DNA from: Thauera sp.
GTDB taxonomy: Bacteria > Pseudomonadota > Gammaproteobacteria > Burkholderiales > Rhodocyclaceae
Assembly: GCA_035433105.1 (NCBI GenBank)
Contig: DAORUJ010000002.1
Coordinates: 4,769 to 68,768 of the forward strand
Length of the DNA: 64,000 nucleotides
Direction: 5' to 3'
Part shown: positions 43,331-53,349 of the stretch, piece after piece
Layout: every line of letters begins with the position of its first letter
How positions within the stretch are numbered: position 1 is the first letter of the stretch
Made by a program: the position numbers and the translations under genes
The notes under the pieces: generated by a model
Database searches by the model: none
Seen by the model: only the letters and a program-made list of their open reading frames with translations
What the model was told of the DNA's origin: nothing

Positions 43331-44455
43331 TCAGACAATGACGCCGCCACCGAGGCAGACCTTGGATTCGTAGAGCACCACGCTTTGCCCCGGAGTCAGC
43401 GCCCACTGTGGCTGGGCAAAGGCGATCTCGGCGCGGTCACTGCTGATCGAGTCGATCTCGCACGGCATGTCGGGCGTGCGATAGCGCGGCTTGGCGGTAT
43501 ACACCCAGTGCGTGTGCGGATCGCGACCGGCAATCCAGTTGAGCTCGGCAGCTACCAAGCGGTCCTTGAGCAGGGCTGGATGGTCGTGCCCCTGCACGGC
43601 GTAGAGCACGTTGGCCTTGACGTCCTTTCTTGCCACATACCAGGCATCGTGCTCACCGGCCTCGTCCTGATTGCCCTTGATGCCGCCGATGTGCAGGCCC
43701 TTCCGCTGGCCTATGGTGTGATACATCAGGCCCTCATGCTCACCGAGCACACGGTCGTCATCGAGCGACCGGATCTCGCCAGGCCGGGTCGGCAGATAGC
43801 GCATGAGGAATTCGCGAAACGGCCGCTCGCCGATGAAGCAGATGCCGGTCGAGTCCTTCTTGGCCGCGACATGCAGCCCGGCCTGCTCGGCAATCCGGCG
43901 CACATCGCGCTTGTACAGCGCGCCAAGCGGAAACAGGGTCTTGGCCAGCTGCGCCTGATTGAGACGATAGAGGAAGTAGCTCTGATCCTTGGTGCCGTCC
44001 TCGGCCTTCAGCAACTGATATTCGCTGCGACCGTCATTGACCCATTCACGCACCTGGGCGTAGTGGCCAGTGGCGATACGCTCAGCACCCAGCTGCAGGG
44101 CGTGGTCAAGGAAACAGCGGAACTTGATCTCGGAATTGCACAGGATGTCCGGGTTCGGCGTGCGACCGGCCTCGTATTCGCGCAGAAAGTCAGCGAATAC
44201 GCGGTCCTTGTATTCGGCACTGAAGTTCACCACCTCGAGGTCGATGCCGATCACGTCGCACACGGAGGCCACGTCCACCAGGTCCTGACGCGTCGAGCAG
44301 TAGTCCGAATCGTCATCATCTTCCCAATTCTTCATGAACAGGCCGGTCACCGCATAGCCCTGCTGCTTCAGCAACAAAGCCGTCACCGAGGAATCGACGC
44401 CGCCCGACATGCCGACGACCACCTTCATGCCATTTCCATCCTGCTTACTGGACAT
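43331..44455 (-). CDS. mnmA: tRNA-specific 2-thiouridylase
   Basis: [42 protein letters not shown]. Confidence 0.97.
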   Translation of the reverse strand: MSSKQDGNGMKVVVGMSGGVDSSVTALLLKQQGYAVTGLFMKNWEDDDDSDYCSTRQDLVDVASVCDVIGIDLEVVNFSAEYKDRVFADFLREYEAGRTPNPDILCNSEIKFRCFLDHALQLGAERIATGHYAQVREWVNDGRSEYQLLKAEDGTKDQSYFLYRLNQAQLAKTLFPLGALYKRDVRRIAEQAGLHVAAKKDSTGICFIGERPFREFLMRYLPTRPGEIRSLDDDRVLGEHEGLMYHTIGQRKGLHIGGIKGNQDEAGEHDAWYVARKDVKANVLYAVQGHDHPALLKDRLVAAELNWIAGRDPHTHWVYTAKPRYRTPDMPCEIDSISSDRAEIAFAQPQWALTPGQSVVLYESKVCLGGGVIV

Positions 44456-45113
44456 TGGGTCCACCTCCATTGAGCCATTCGACGAGTGGCAGCACGACCG
44501 CCGGCTCGCCATTGTCGACGAACCAGCTGTCGACCACATATCTTTTGCCTGGCCGCGCCGTTTCGGCGCCGACCGGCCCTTCATCGATCCGTTCGTCTTC
44601 AATCCCGTCGCAGCGCCCTGGCGCCGCAGCGGACGGCAGTCGTTCAAGACACGCTGCAAGCGACAGCTCTTCGAGCACCGCACTGAAGTGCTGAAAGATG
44701 AAGCGCGTGCGGCGCTCGGGCTGAAGCACGCGATGAAACCGCAACATCCCGCGCGACTCAAGCAATTGCAGCATGCGCGTGGTCGACGTCGAGTGGTCGA
44801 TACAGTCCATGCGCCCTGTCACACCGCCATCGAGATAATTGCCGCCGCGGTCCGCCCCGACCGGTGTCTGCAAGGCCGCAAGGCGGTACAGACGGCCCAC
44901 GGCCTCGCCCACCTGTGCCCGTTCCTGTGCTGCGGTCGTGGCCAGGTCGAGGCCTGCCGCGACGCGCCGCAGGGTACTGGCACGGAAGTGCACCTCGTCC
45001 TGACGCACGCAACCATAATTGAAGCAGATGCTGAGCTGCGCATCGCCCGCCGCGGGCATCGCCTGGACCAGGCCAGGGGCGAGCAATAGCAAGAGTAAGC
45101 GTAAGCCGATCAT
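44445..45113 (-). CDS. Exported hypothetical protein with a putative Cys-His-Asp triad
   Basis: Signal peptide; [22 protein letters not shown]; stop overlaps the mnmA start. Confidence 0.7.
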   Translation of the reverse strand: MIGLRLLLLLLAPGLVQAMPAAGDAQLSICFNYGCVRQDEVHFRASTLRRVAAGLDLATTAAQERAQVGEAVGRLYRLAALQTPVGADRGGNYLDGGVTGRMDCIDHSTSTTRMLQLLESRGMLRFHRVLQPERRTRFIFQHFSAVLEELSLAACLERLPSAAAPGRCDGIEDERIDEGPVGAETARPGKRYVVDSWFVDNGEPAVVLPLVEWLNGGGPNVQ

Positions 45114-45125
45114 GGCTCGGTCGGG

Positions 45126-45578
45126 TCAAACGTCGCGCACCAGGGACAGTGCATGCTGCGGCCCCGCCAGCCAGTCCTCGATGCAGCGCAAAATGAGCGG
45201 GCTACGATGGCGGGCTACGGTGGCGCGCAACTCGTCGATCGTCATCCAGACGGCGCGTACGATGCCTTCGTCGAGCGCGCGTCCGGGCACCTCACCTTCT
45301 ATCCGGCCGCCATAGGCGAAGCGCAGATAGGTGATGTCACCCTGCGGCCGCGTCCATTGGTAGATGCCGACCAGGTATTCGGGAACGAAGCGGTATGCAG
45401 CTTCCTCGAGCACTTCGCGCGCAGTCGCCTCAAGCAGCGACTCGCCGCGCTCGAGATGGCCGGCGGGCTGATTGAAGCGCAAGCCGTCGGGGGTGTGCTC
45501 TTCGACCATCAGGAAGCGGCCGTCGCGCTCGATCACGGCAGCGACGGTGACGTTGGGTTTCCATTCACGATCGATCAA
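45126..45578 (-). CDS. nudJ: NUDIX hydrolase (NudJ-like)
   Basis: KPNVTVAA, NQPAGHLE, REVLEE, HRSPL; upstream of mnmA. Confidence 0.85.
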   Translation of the reverse strand: MIDREWKPNVTVAAVIERDGRFLMVEEHTPDGLRFNQPAGHLERGESLLEATAREVLEEAAYRFVPEYLVGIYQWTRPQGDITYLRFAYGGRIEGEVPGRALDEGIVRAVWMTIDELRATVARHRSPLILRCIEDWLAGPQHALSLVRDV

Positions 45579-45768
45579 TGCGCACTCCTTCGATTCCAGC
45601 CCGGCATTCTAGCGCGCAGCCGCGCTTTTCCCACCGCGGCCAGCCTTCCACCCATGCAACTGGGCGTTCGCGGGCCCGGCCTTTGCGCTAGAATCCACGG
45701 GCTAAGCCCGCCCTGCGCGGGCCGTCGAATCAACTTCGAATCAACTTCCTGAGGTGGAGAACCAAATC

Positions 45769-46689
45769 ATGTCCATGGCTGACCGCGACGGTTTCATCTG
45801 GCAAGACGGCAAGCTCGTTCCGTGGCGCGAAGCGACCACGCACGTGCTGACCCATTCCCTGCACTATGGTCTGGCCGTCTTCGAAGGTGTCCGCGCGTAC
45901 AACACGGTCAAGGGCACAGCCATTTTCCGCCTCGCCGAGCACACCCAGCGCCTGATCAACTCCGGCAAGATCTACATGATGGACATCCCGTACTCGAAGG
46001 ATGAACTCATGGAAGCGCAGAAGGAGGTCGTGCGTGCGAACAAGCTCGAGTCCTGCTACCTGCGTCCGCTGGCCTTCTACGGCTCGGAAAAAATGGGTAT
46101 TTCCACCTGCGGCGCCACGGTGCACGTCGCCATCGCCGCCTGGCCGTGGGGCGCCTATCTGGGCGAGGAAGGCCTGGAAAAAGGCATCCGCGTCAAGACC
46201 TCGTCCTACACCCGCCATCACGTCAACTCGACGATGCCGCGCGCCAAGCTGTCGGGTACCTACCCGAACTCCATCCTCGCCAACCTCGAAGTGACCAAGC
46301 AGGGCTACGACGAGGCGCTGCTGCTCGACAACCAGGGTTTCGTCGCCGAAGGCGCAGGCGAGAATCTTTTTGTGATCAAGGACGGCAAGGTCTACGAACC
46401 CGAAATCGCATCGGCCCTGACCGGCATCACGCGCGACTCGGTGATCACCATCGCCCGTGGCCTCGGCTACGAGGTGCATTCAAAACGCCTGACGCGCGAC
46501 GACATCTATCTGGCCGACGAGGCCTTTTTCACCGGTACCGCCGCCGAAGTCACGCCGATTCGCGAGCTCGACGACCGCAGCATCGGTGAAGGCCGTCGGG
46601 GTCCGATCACAGCCAGGATCCAGGCTCGCTTCTTCGACGCCGTGAATGGCCGCGCACCGGAATACGAGCACTGGCTCGCCTACGTCTGA
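45769..46689 (+). CDS. ilvE: Branched-chain amino acid aminotransferase
   Basis: LHYG..VFEGVRAY, AK..G.Y.NS, EGAGEN, GITRD, FTGTAAEVTP. Confidence 0.97.
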   Translation: MSMADRDGFIWQDGKLVPWREATTHVLTHSLHYGLAVFEGVRAYNTVKGTAIFRLAEHTQRLINSGKIYMMDIPYSKDELMEAQKEVVRANKLESCYLRPLAFYGSEKMGISTCGATVHVAIAAWPWGAYLGEEGLEKGIRVKTSSYTRHHVNSTMPRAKLSGTYPNSILANLEVTKQGYDEALLLDNQGFVAEGAGENLFVIKDGKVYEPEIASALTGITRDSVITIARGLGYEVHSKRLTRDDIYLADEAFFTGTAAEVTPIRELDDRSIGEGRRGPITARIQARFFDAVNGRAPEYEHWLAYV

Positions 46690-46714
46690 TCTCCACGTAC
46701 CGAGGATTTGAGTC

Positions 46715-46915
46715 ATGGTTGAAAACACCGACAAAACCCAGGCGGTCGCCGTCACGGCCAAGGACCTGCCGCTGCATTGCCCCCCGCCCGGTGCCCCGCT
46801 TTGGGCGCGCCATCCGCGGGTGTTCCTGGATGTGCTGAAAACCGGCGAAGCCGTCTGCCCGTACTGCAGCGCCCATTACGTTTTTACCGGCGAGCATCCC
46901 AAAGGGCACCACTGA
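46715..46915 (+). CDS. Zinc-finger (zf-CHCC) protein
   Basis: LHCP..HPRVFL..CPYC. Confidence 0.85.
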   Translation: MVENTDKTQAVAVTAKDLPLHCPPPGAPLWARHPRVFLDVLKTGEAVCPYCSAHYVFTGEHPKGHH

Positions 46916-47007
46916 GCCTTTGCGCCGACCAGACTGATCTTTCGCAGTCGATGACAACAAGGGGGCCGATACCTAGGTATTTCGCCCCCGCTTTTTTCAG
47001 CCAGGGC

Positions 47008-47442
47008 ATGAGCGCAAACAAGCCGATCTACACTTCCGCAGCCGACGCCGAGGCGGCCTTCTATGAGGCACTCGCTCGCTCCAGTCTGGATACGATGATG
47101 TCGGTATGGTCGGAAGACGAAGAGGTCGTCTGCATCCACCCCGGCGGCCCACGCATCGTCGGGCTGGAGTCGATCCGCGAAGCATGGCGTCAGATGCTGT
47201 CCGGCGGACAACGTCTGACGATCGACGTGACCCAGACCGTCGTCAGCGGCAACGCCATGGTGGCGATGCACAGCGTGTTCGAGAATATCCGCATCGAGGG
47301 CGAGTCCGTGCGCACCGCCACGATCGCGGCCACCAACGTCTACATTCGCGGTGCGCTCGGCTGGCGCATGGTCATGCATCACGCCTCACCGATACCGGAT
47401 GACAGCGACTTCGGCACCTTGTCGCCGCGCGTGGTGCATTAA
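47008..47442 (+). CDS. NTF2-like / SnoaL (YybH) family protein
   Basis: AEAAFYEA, CIHPGG, ATNVY, WRMVMHHASP. Confidence 0.85.
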   Translation: MSANKPIYTSAADAEAAFYEALARSSLDTMMSVWSEDEEVVCIHPGGPRIVGLESIREAWRQMLSGGQRLTIDVTQTVVSGNAMVAMHSVFENIRIEGESVRTATIAATNVYIRGALGWRMVMHHASPIPDDSDFGTLSPRVVH

Positions 47443-47445
47443 GGC

Positions 47446-48014
47446 ATGAAGGATGGCGCCAACATCGGCGATTACCGCGCGCCTTGGTGGCTGCCAGGCG
47501 GACATGCACAGACGATCTGGCCGGTCACGCATAAAGGGGCGCCACCGACCTATCGGCGCGAACGCTGGGACATGCCCGATGGCGACTTCATCGACCTTGA
47601 CTGATTGCCAACGGACGGCGCCGACGCTGCGCTGATGGTGCTGTTCCACGGGCTGAAGGGCTCCAGCCACTTGCACTACGCACATGCCCTGATGCGAGCC
47701 ACCGCCCGACCCGGCTGGCGCGGCGTGGGGGTGGGTTTTCGTGGTTGCAGCGGCATGCCCAACCGGCTCGCACCTGTCTACCACTCGGGTGACAGCGCAG
47801 AAATCGACTGGATCCTGCACTGACTGCAGATGGCTGCAGGCAAAGCCCCCTTCGTGCCCGCCGCTTCGCTGCCCCAAGCCACGGACCTGCCCCCGGCCGT
47901 GCATTTCGCCTACCCGGCAGAGGGCGGCCACGCCGGCTTTTGCAGCGGCACCTGCCCGGCGATCAGACGTGGCTGGCGCAACGCCTCATCGCCCATTTCG
48001 ACGCTCACTGCTGA
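47446..48014 (+). pseudogene. yheT: YheT family alpha/beta hydrolase pseudogene
   Basis: YRAPWWLPGGHAQT..PDGDFIDLD*, FHGL.GSS, FRGCSG..NR..YHSGD, GGHAGF; in-frame stops at 47602 and 47821, central part missing, frameshift near 47955. Confidence 0.85.
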
Positions 48015-48055
48015 ACCCGCAAGCGGCGCACACCGCCCTTGACCTTGGAGCAAGC

Positions 48056-48754
48056 TCACCCGCTCTTTTGCCAATCGCTTGATTCCTGCGGGCGCAGGCA
48101 GCCGATGGCCATGGCGACCAGGCTGTCGAGGAAGGCGGGCGCTTCGAGTTGCTCCGGAATGTCCTGCAGCACTGAGCGGATCACGCCGCGCAGCCCCTGT
48201 CCAAGCATATACGCTGCCAATTCCGGGTGCGGTGTGCTGATCTCATGCGCACGCATTTGCAGCAAGGGCAGCCAGGTGGCCTCGATGAATTCGTTCGCGG
48301 TTTGGTATGGGCCGCGCCACATCCCCAGATGCAGGGCCGCGTGGTGGCGTAGATGAAAGCTCTGGCTCAGATTGAACAGGCGCAGTTCGACACGAATGAT
48401 GTTGGCCAGAATCTCGCGCAGCGCCGTGGGAAGTGGCAAGCCGACCACACATTGGCGCACCTGCAGCAGCCTCTCAGACTCTTCATCGAGCACGCGCTCA
48501 TAGAGCATGGCAACGATGGCGTCCTTGCTCGGGAAGTATTGGTAGATCGAACCCACGGCGGCGCCCGAAACCTCTGCGATGCGGGCCACGGTAAGCCCCT
48601 CCTCGCCTGCTTCGTCCAGGATCTGCAGGCAAGCCTGCGCCACCGCATCGACGAGCGCGCGCGAGCGCGTCTGATTCGGGCGCTTGCGCAGCGAGGGGAG
48701 TTGCCCGGGCCCTGGCCAGGTCTCTGCAGAGGACAAGTCGTGCTTATTGGGCAT
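48056..48754 (-). CDS. TetR/AcrR family transcriptional regulator
   Basis: RPNQTRSR..LTVARIAEVSGAAVGSIYQYFPSK helix-turn-helix; start approximate. Confidence 0.9.
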   Translation of the reverse strand: MPNKHDLSSAETWPGPGQLPSLRKRPNQTRSRALVDAVAQACLQILDEAGEEGLTVARIAEVSGAAVGSIYQYFPSKDAIVAMLYERVLDEESERLLQVRQCVVGLPLPTALREILANIIRVELRLFNLSQSFHLRHHAALHLGMWRGPYQTANEFIEATWLPLLQMRAHEISTPHPELAAYMLGQGLRGVIRSVLQDIPEQLEAPAFLDSLVAMAIGCLRPQESSDWQKSG

Positions 48755-49063
48755 GGTAATGCGAGTGCTGGGTTCCTGACGGGTAACTGACTTCAACTTC
48801 TTCAATCAGATCATTGGCTTGCGTTCTTGATTGGTGGTCTGACAAAGCGACTATCGCAAGGAGGGCGGTCTTCATATACTTGAACTCGTCCATTGTAAAA
48901 CGCCTTGGTACAGCATTGATATCCATCAAAAAGAGGCAAAATAAAGTCGGCAGCCAAGAAGAGCACCAAAGCTGACTTGCACGTGCGTGAAGGCGCACGG
49001 CGCGGCTTTTCCCGAGTCGCTTGCCCATTGATTGCAAAGATTACAACCCACCAGGAGACTGTC

Positions 49064-49903
49064 GTGCCCTCACCCTTTAATGTCCGTCCGCTTGGCCCCG
49101 CAATTGGCGCCGAAGTGCTTGATCTCAACCTTGCCGACGTGTTTTTGCCCGCAACCCTGCAGGCACTCGAAGCCGCGCTCGTCAAGCACGAGGCTCTCGT
49201 GCTGCATGTGCCCGAGTTGACGCTCGAGCAGCACCTGGCGATTGCAAACCACTTTGGCGAAGCGGAAGTTCATACCTTCTACCCCAACCTGGGTGCGGGC
49301 TTCGAACAGATCACGCTTATCGACTCCAAGCTCGGTGACCGGGCCGACATGTGGCACCACGACGAGAGCTTTCTGCCCAGCGCCCCCATCGTCACCATGA
49401 CGCAGGCCAAAATCCTGCCTCCCTGTGGTGGCGACACCTGCTGGATCAGCATGACGACCGCCTATGACGCGTTGTCCGAGCGCATGAAGCAGTACCTCGA
49501 CGGCCTGCATGCCTGGCACGACATGAACGGCCCGATGACAGCGGCCCTGCGCCAGGGCGTCGTGACTCACGACCGCTATCTCGAAGTCATCAAGATGGGC
49601 AAGCGCCACCTGCACCCGATCGTCACCACGCACCCCATCACGGGTCGCAAGGCGCTCTACATCAGCCCGACCTACACCACGCACATCGACGGCCTGGCGC
49701 CGGCCGAAAGCGATGCCATCCTGGCCTATCTGCACGCACACTCCCAGCACGTCCAGTTCGTCTACCGCCACCGCTGGACGGTCGGCGACATGGTGCTGTG
49801 GGACAACCGTAGCGTGATCCACAACGCCATTCTGGACTACAGACCGCACCAGCGCCGCATGCACCGCGCGTCGGTATTTGCTCGTGAAGCCTCACCCGCG
49901 TGA
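49064..49903 (+). CDS. TauD/TfdA family Fe(II)/2-oxoglutarate dioxygenase
   Basis: IGAEV, WHHDESF (HxD), GGDT.W, HPIV..HP.TGRKAL, WDNRSVIH, RRMHR; AGGAG RBS before GTG 49064. Confidence 0.92.
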   Translation: MPSPFNVRPLGPAIGAEVLDLNLADVFLPATLQALEAALVKHEALVLHVPELTLEQHLAIANHFGEAEVHTFYPNLGAGFEQITLIDSKLGDRADMWHHDESFLPSAPIVTMTQAKILPPCGGDTCWISMTTAYDALSERMKQYLDGLHAWHDMNGPMTAALRQGVVTHDRYLEVIKMGKRHLHPIVTTHPITGRKALYISPTYTTHIDGLAPAESDAILAYLHAHSQHVQFVYRHRWTVGDMVLWDNRSVIHNAILDYRPHQRRMHRASVFAREASPA

Positions 49904-49940
49904 GCGCTGGCCCGCTTGAACGCTTCTGCTGCAAAAGGAA

Positions 49941-50717
49941 ATGATATCAATGATGAATGACGTGAATCCCGAAATACTGGCCCGTTATGCTCCCCGCCCG
50001 GGCCGCCATGCGCTGCTGCCCAAGCTGACGCCCCAGCAGCAAGTTGCCCTGCTTTGCCGCGTGCTGCACCGCGAGGGCTATAACGACCACATTGCCGGCC
50101 ACATCACGCTGCGCCAGGAAGATGGCACTTACCTCGCCAATCCCTGGGAGCTCACCTGGGCCGAAGTGAAAGCATCCGACATCCTGCAGTTGGACGCGCA
50201 AGGCAAAATCATCGAAGGCGAATGGAACATCACCCCCGCCATCAACCTTCACATCGACGTCCACTCTGCCCGGCACGACGTCAGCGTGGTGATTCACAAC
50301 CATTCCGAGTGGGGTTCGGTATGGTCCGCGGTGGGGCGCGTCCCCCCCATCTACGATCAGACCTCCGCACTGGTCGATACCGATCCGGTGTACTACGACG
50401 AGTACCGCGGCACGGTGGAAGACAGCGAGCTGGGCCGCGCTGCGGCGGACGCGCTCGGTCAGCACAAGTGGGCCTTGCTGGCAAACCACGGCGTGCTGGT
50501 GGTGGCCAACGGCATTCGCCAGGCGCATCTGCGCGCGATCACGCTGGAGTGGCGCTGCCGCATGGCGTGGCGCGTCAATCTGCTCGGCGGCGGCGTGCCC
50601 TTGCCCGCAGCCGTTGCGCAAGCCACCGGACAGCGCACCGACGCCAGCGGCTTTCCCTTCCTGTGGGAAGCCATGGCCAGGGATGAAATCCGCCGCGACC
50701 CCAGCGTGCTGGAATGA
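49941..50717 (+). CDS. Class II aldolase/adducin family protein
   Basis: AGHITLR, LHIDVH.AR.D..VIHNHS and LLANHGVL metal-binding His residues. Confidence 0.88.
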   Translation: MISMMNDVNPEILARYAPRPGRHALLPKLTPQQQVALLCRVLHREGYNDHIAGHITLRQEDGTYLANPWELTWAEVKASDILQLDAQGKIIEGEWNITPAINLHIDVHSARHDVSVVIHNHSEWGSVWSAVGRVPPIYDQTSALVDTDPVYYDEYRGTVEDSELGRAAADALGQHKWALLANHGVLVVANGIRQAHLRAITLEWRCRMAWRVNLLGGGVPLPAAVAQATGQRTDASGFPFLWEAMARDEIRRDPSVLE

Positions 50718-50724
50718 TTGAGCG

Positions 50725-51657
50725 ATGAAACCTGCAGTGTTGCTGGTCTGCCGCCTGCCCGAAGCTCTGGGCGGGCGTCTGCGGGAGCGTTTCGATTGCC
50801 ATGAACTCGCTCAACTCGACAGCGCCGGCCTGGCGGCTCTGGCGCCGCGGCTGCGCGGCATGGTCGCCAGCGGCGAATCCATCGTAGGGCGCGAGCTCAT
50901 CGCGCGCCTGCCCGCGCTCGAAATCATTTCGGTGCTCGGTGTCGGCTACGACGGCATCGACATCGCAGCCGCGCGTGAGCATGGCGTGTCTGTGACTCAC
51001 ACCCCTGGCCTATCAACCGAGGACATTGCGGACTTCGCGCTGGCGCTTCTGCTCGCAGCCGCGCGCGAGGTGGTCAACGCCGACCGCTTCGTGCGCCGTG
51101 GGGAGTGGGCGACCGGGCGCTACCCGATGACGCGACGCGTGTCTGGCGCCCGTCTGGGCATTGTTGGGCTGGGCCGAATCGGGCGGGCGGTGGCAACGCG
51201 CGCGCTGGCCTTTGGCATGGACATTGCCTACACCGGACGCACACCCAAGACCGACGTGCCTTATCGCTGGTGCAGCGATGCGCGCAGCCTGGCGGCCGAG
51301 GTTGACTACCTGGTTGTGTGCGCCAGCGGCGGCGAGGCTACGCGCGCCCTGATCGATGCCGCCGTGCTTGACGCGCTGGGGCCGACGGGCGTGCTGGTCA
51401 ATATTGCGCGCGGCGCCATCATCGATGAGGACGCGCTGGTGCAGGCGCTGCAGGAGCGCAGGATTCTGGCGGCTGGGCTCGACGTGTTTTGCCATGAGCC
51501 TCAGGTTGCGCAGGGGCTGCTGGCGCTCGACAATGTGGTGCTCACGCCGCACATGGCAAGCACCACGGACGCCACCGTGCACGCCATGCTGGATCTGACC
51601 TTCGCCAATCTGGCCGCGCATTTCGACGGCCTGCCCGTGCCGACACCGGTGAGCTAA
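50725..51657 (+). CDS. D-2-hydroxyacid dehydrogenase (hydroxypyruvate/glyoxylate reductase-like)
   Basis: GVGYDGID, GIVGLGRIG, VNIARG, GLDVF..EP, LTPHMAS. Confidence 0.92.
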   Translation: MKPAVLLVCRLPEALGGRLRERFDCHELAQLDSAGLAALAPRLRGMVASGESIVGRELIARLPALEIISVLGVGYDGIDIAAAREHGVSVTHTPGLSTEDIADFALALLLAAAREVVNADRFVRRGEWATGRYPMTRRVSGARLGIVGLGRIGRAVATRALAFGMDIAYTGRTPKTDVPYRWCSDARSLAAEVDYLVVCASGGEATRALIDAAVLDALGPTGVLVNIARGAIIDEDALVQALQERRILAAGLDVFCHEPQVAQGLLALDNVVLTPHMASTTDATVHAMLDLTFANLAAHFDGLPVPTPVS

Positions 51658-51786
51658 GCATCTGCTCAGCATTCACAGGGCGTAAATCGCAGTCCAGCTC
51701 CCACCGGGCTGTGAACGGATGCGCGAACGACGAAAGCCGGCTCGGCATAGAATGCCGGCTTTCGTCCACTTCACGCCCCCTGCCTT

Positions 51787-53178
51787 ATGCTCCCGCACGC
51801 CACGCCCGCCCCTGAAATCTTCAAGGCCTATGACATTCGCGGCATCGTCGACACGGTGCTGACGCCGCCCGCCGTGCGTGCAATCGGCCATGCGCTCGGC
51901 TCCGAAGCCGTCAAACGCGGGCAGCAGGCGATCGCCGTCGGACGCGATGGTCGCCTGTCCGGGCCCGCCCTGGCCGCAGCACTGGCCGACGGCATCCGCG
52001 CCGCTGGCATCCACGTCATCGACATTGGCTGCGTACCGACGCCAGTGACCTACTTTGCCGCCCATGAGCTCGGTTGCGCGTCCTGCGTTTCGGTCACCGG
52101 CAGCCACAACCCGCCCGACTATAACGGCCTGAAGCTGGTCCTCGGTGGCCAGACGCTACACGGCGACATGATCCAGGGGCTGCGCCGCCGCATTGCCGAG
52201 AATGATCTGATCCATGCCACCCAAGCCGGTAGCCTGCGCTCCACCGACGTCGCCGGCGCCTATATCGAGCGCATTGTCGGCGACGTGAAGCTGTCACGGC
52301 GGATGAAGATCGTCATCGACTGTGGCAACGGTGTTGCCGGTGGCATCGCCCCCGAGTTGTTCCGCCGCCTGGGCTGCGAAGTGGTCGAACTGTTCTGCGA
52401 GGTCGACGGCAACTTCCCCAACCACCACCCCGACCCCTCCAAGCCCGAGAACCTGCAGGACGTGATCCGCGCCCTGCGCGACACCGACGCCGAACTCGGC
52501 CTGGCCTTCGATGGCGACGGCGACCGCCTTGGCGTCGTCACCAAGGACGGCGAGATCATTTATCCCGACCGTCAGCTGATGCTGTTCGCTGAAGACGTTC
52601 TGGCGCGCGTGCCAGGCGGCGAGATCATCTTCGACGTCAAATGCACACGCAACCTGGCCCCCTGGATTCGCGCCCGCGGCGGCAAGCCGACGATGTGGAA
52701 CACAGGCCACGCTCTGGTAAAGGCCAAGCTGAAAGAAACCGGTGCACCGCTGGCGGGCGAGATGAGCGGCCACATGTTCTTCAAGGAACGCTGGTTCGGT
52801 TTTGATGACGGTCTGTATTCAGGGGCACGTCTGCTCGAGATCCTGTCCGCACGCCCCGATGCCAACGCGGCGCTGAAGGATCTGCCCAATTCCACCAGCA
52901 CGCCCGAACTGAATCTGACGATGAACGAGGGCGAGCCCTTCGAACTGGTCAGACGCCTTAAGGAGTCCGCACGCTTCGACGGGGCTGAGGAGCTGATCAC
53001 GCTCGATGGCCTGCGCGTCGAATACCCCGACGGCTTCGGCCTGGCTCGGCCATCGAACACCACGCCCGTGGTCGTGCTGCGTTTCGAAGCCGACGATGAA
53101 GCGGCGCTCGCACGCATCCAGTCGGCGTTCCGGGCGGCCTTCGATGGCGTGTGGCCCGGCCTGAGCCTGCCCTTTTGA
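51787..53178 (+). CDS. algC: Phosphomannomutase/phosphoglucomutase
   Basis: FKAYDIRG, TGSHNP, FDGDGDR, GEMSGH, RPSNT. Confidence 0.95.
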   Translation: MLPHATPAPEIFKAYDIRGIVDTVLTPPAVRAIGHALGSEAVKRGQQAIAVGRDGRLSGPALAAALADGIRAAGIHVIDIGCVPTPVTYFAAHELGCASCVSVTGSHNPPDYNGLKLVLGGQTLHGDMIQGLRRRIAENDLIHATQAGSLRSTDVAGAYIERIVGDVKLSRRMKIVIDCGNGVAGGIAPELFRRLGCEVVELFCEVDGNFPNHHPDPSKPENLQDVIRALRDTDAELGLAFDGDGDRLGVVTKDGEIIYPDRQLMLFAEDVLARVPGGEIIFDVKCTRNLAPWIRARGGKPTMWNTGHALVKAKLKETGAPLAGEMSGHMFFKERWFGFDDGLYSGARLLEILSARPDANAALKDLPNSTSTPELNLTMNEGEPFELVRRLKESARFDGAEELITLDGLRVEYPDGFGLARPSNTTPVVVLRFEADDEAALARIQSAFRAAFDGVWPGLSLPF

Positions 53179-53349
53179 ATATCGTCCATCGTCGGCGCCG
53201 GTGCTGCTGCCTCAGCGTGGCACCCACGGGCAACTTTGATGGAAGAAGTGAAATATTCACGCAGCCAATACCTACGCCAATTGTTGCGGCTTCCTGATCG
53301 GCGCATGATTTAAACTTGGTCTAAGAACAAATTCCCAGGGAAGAATTCG

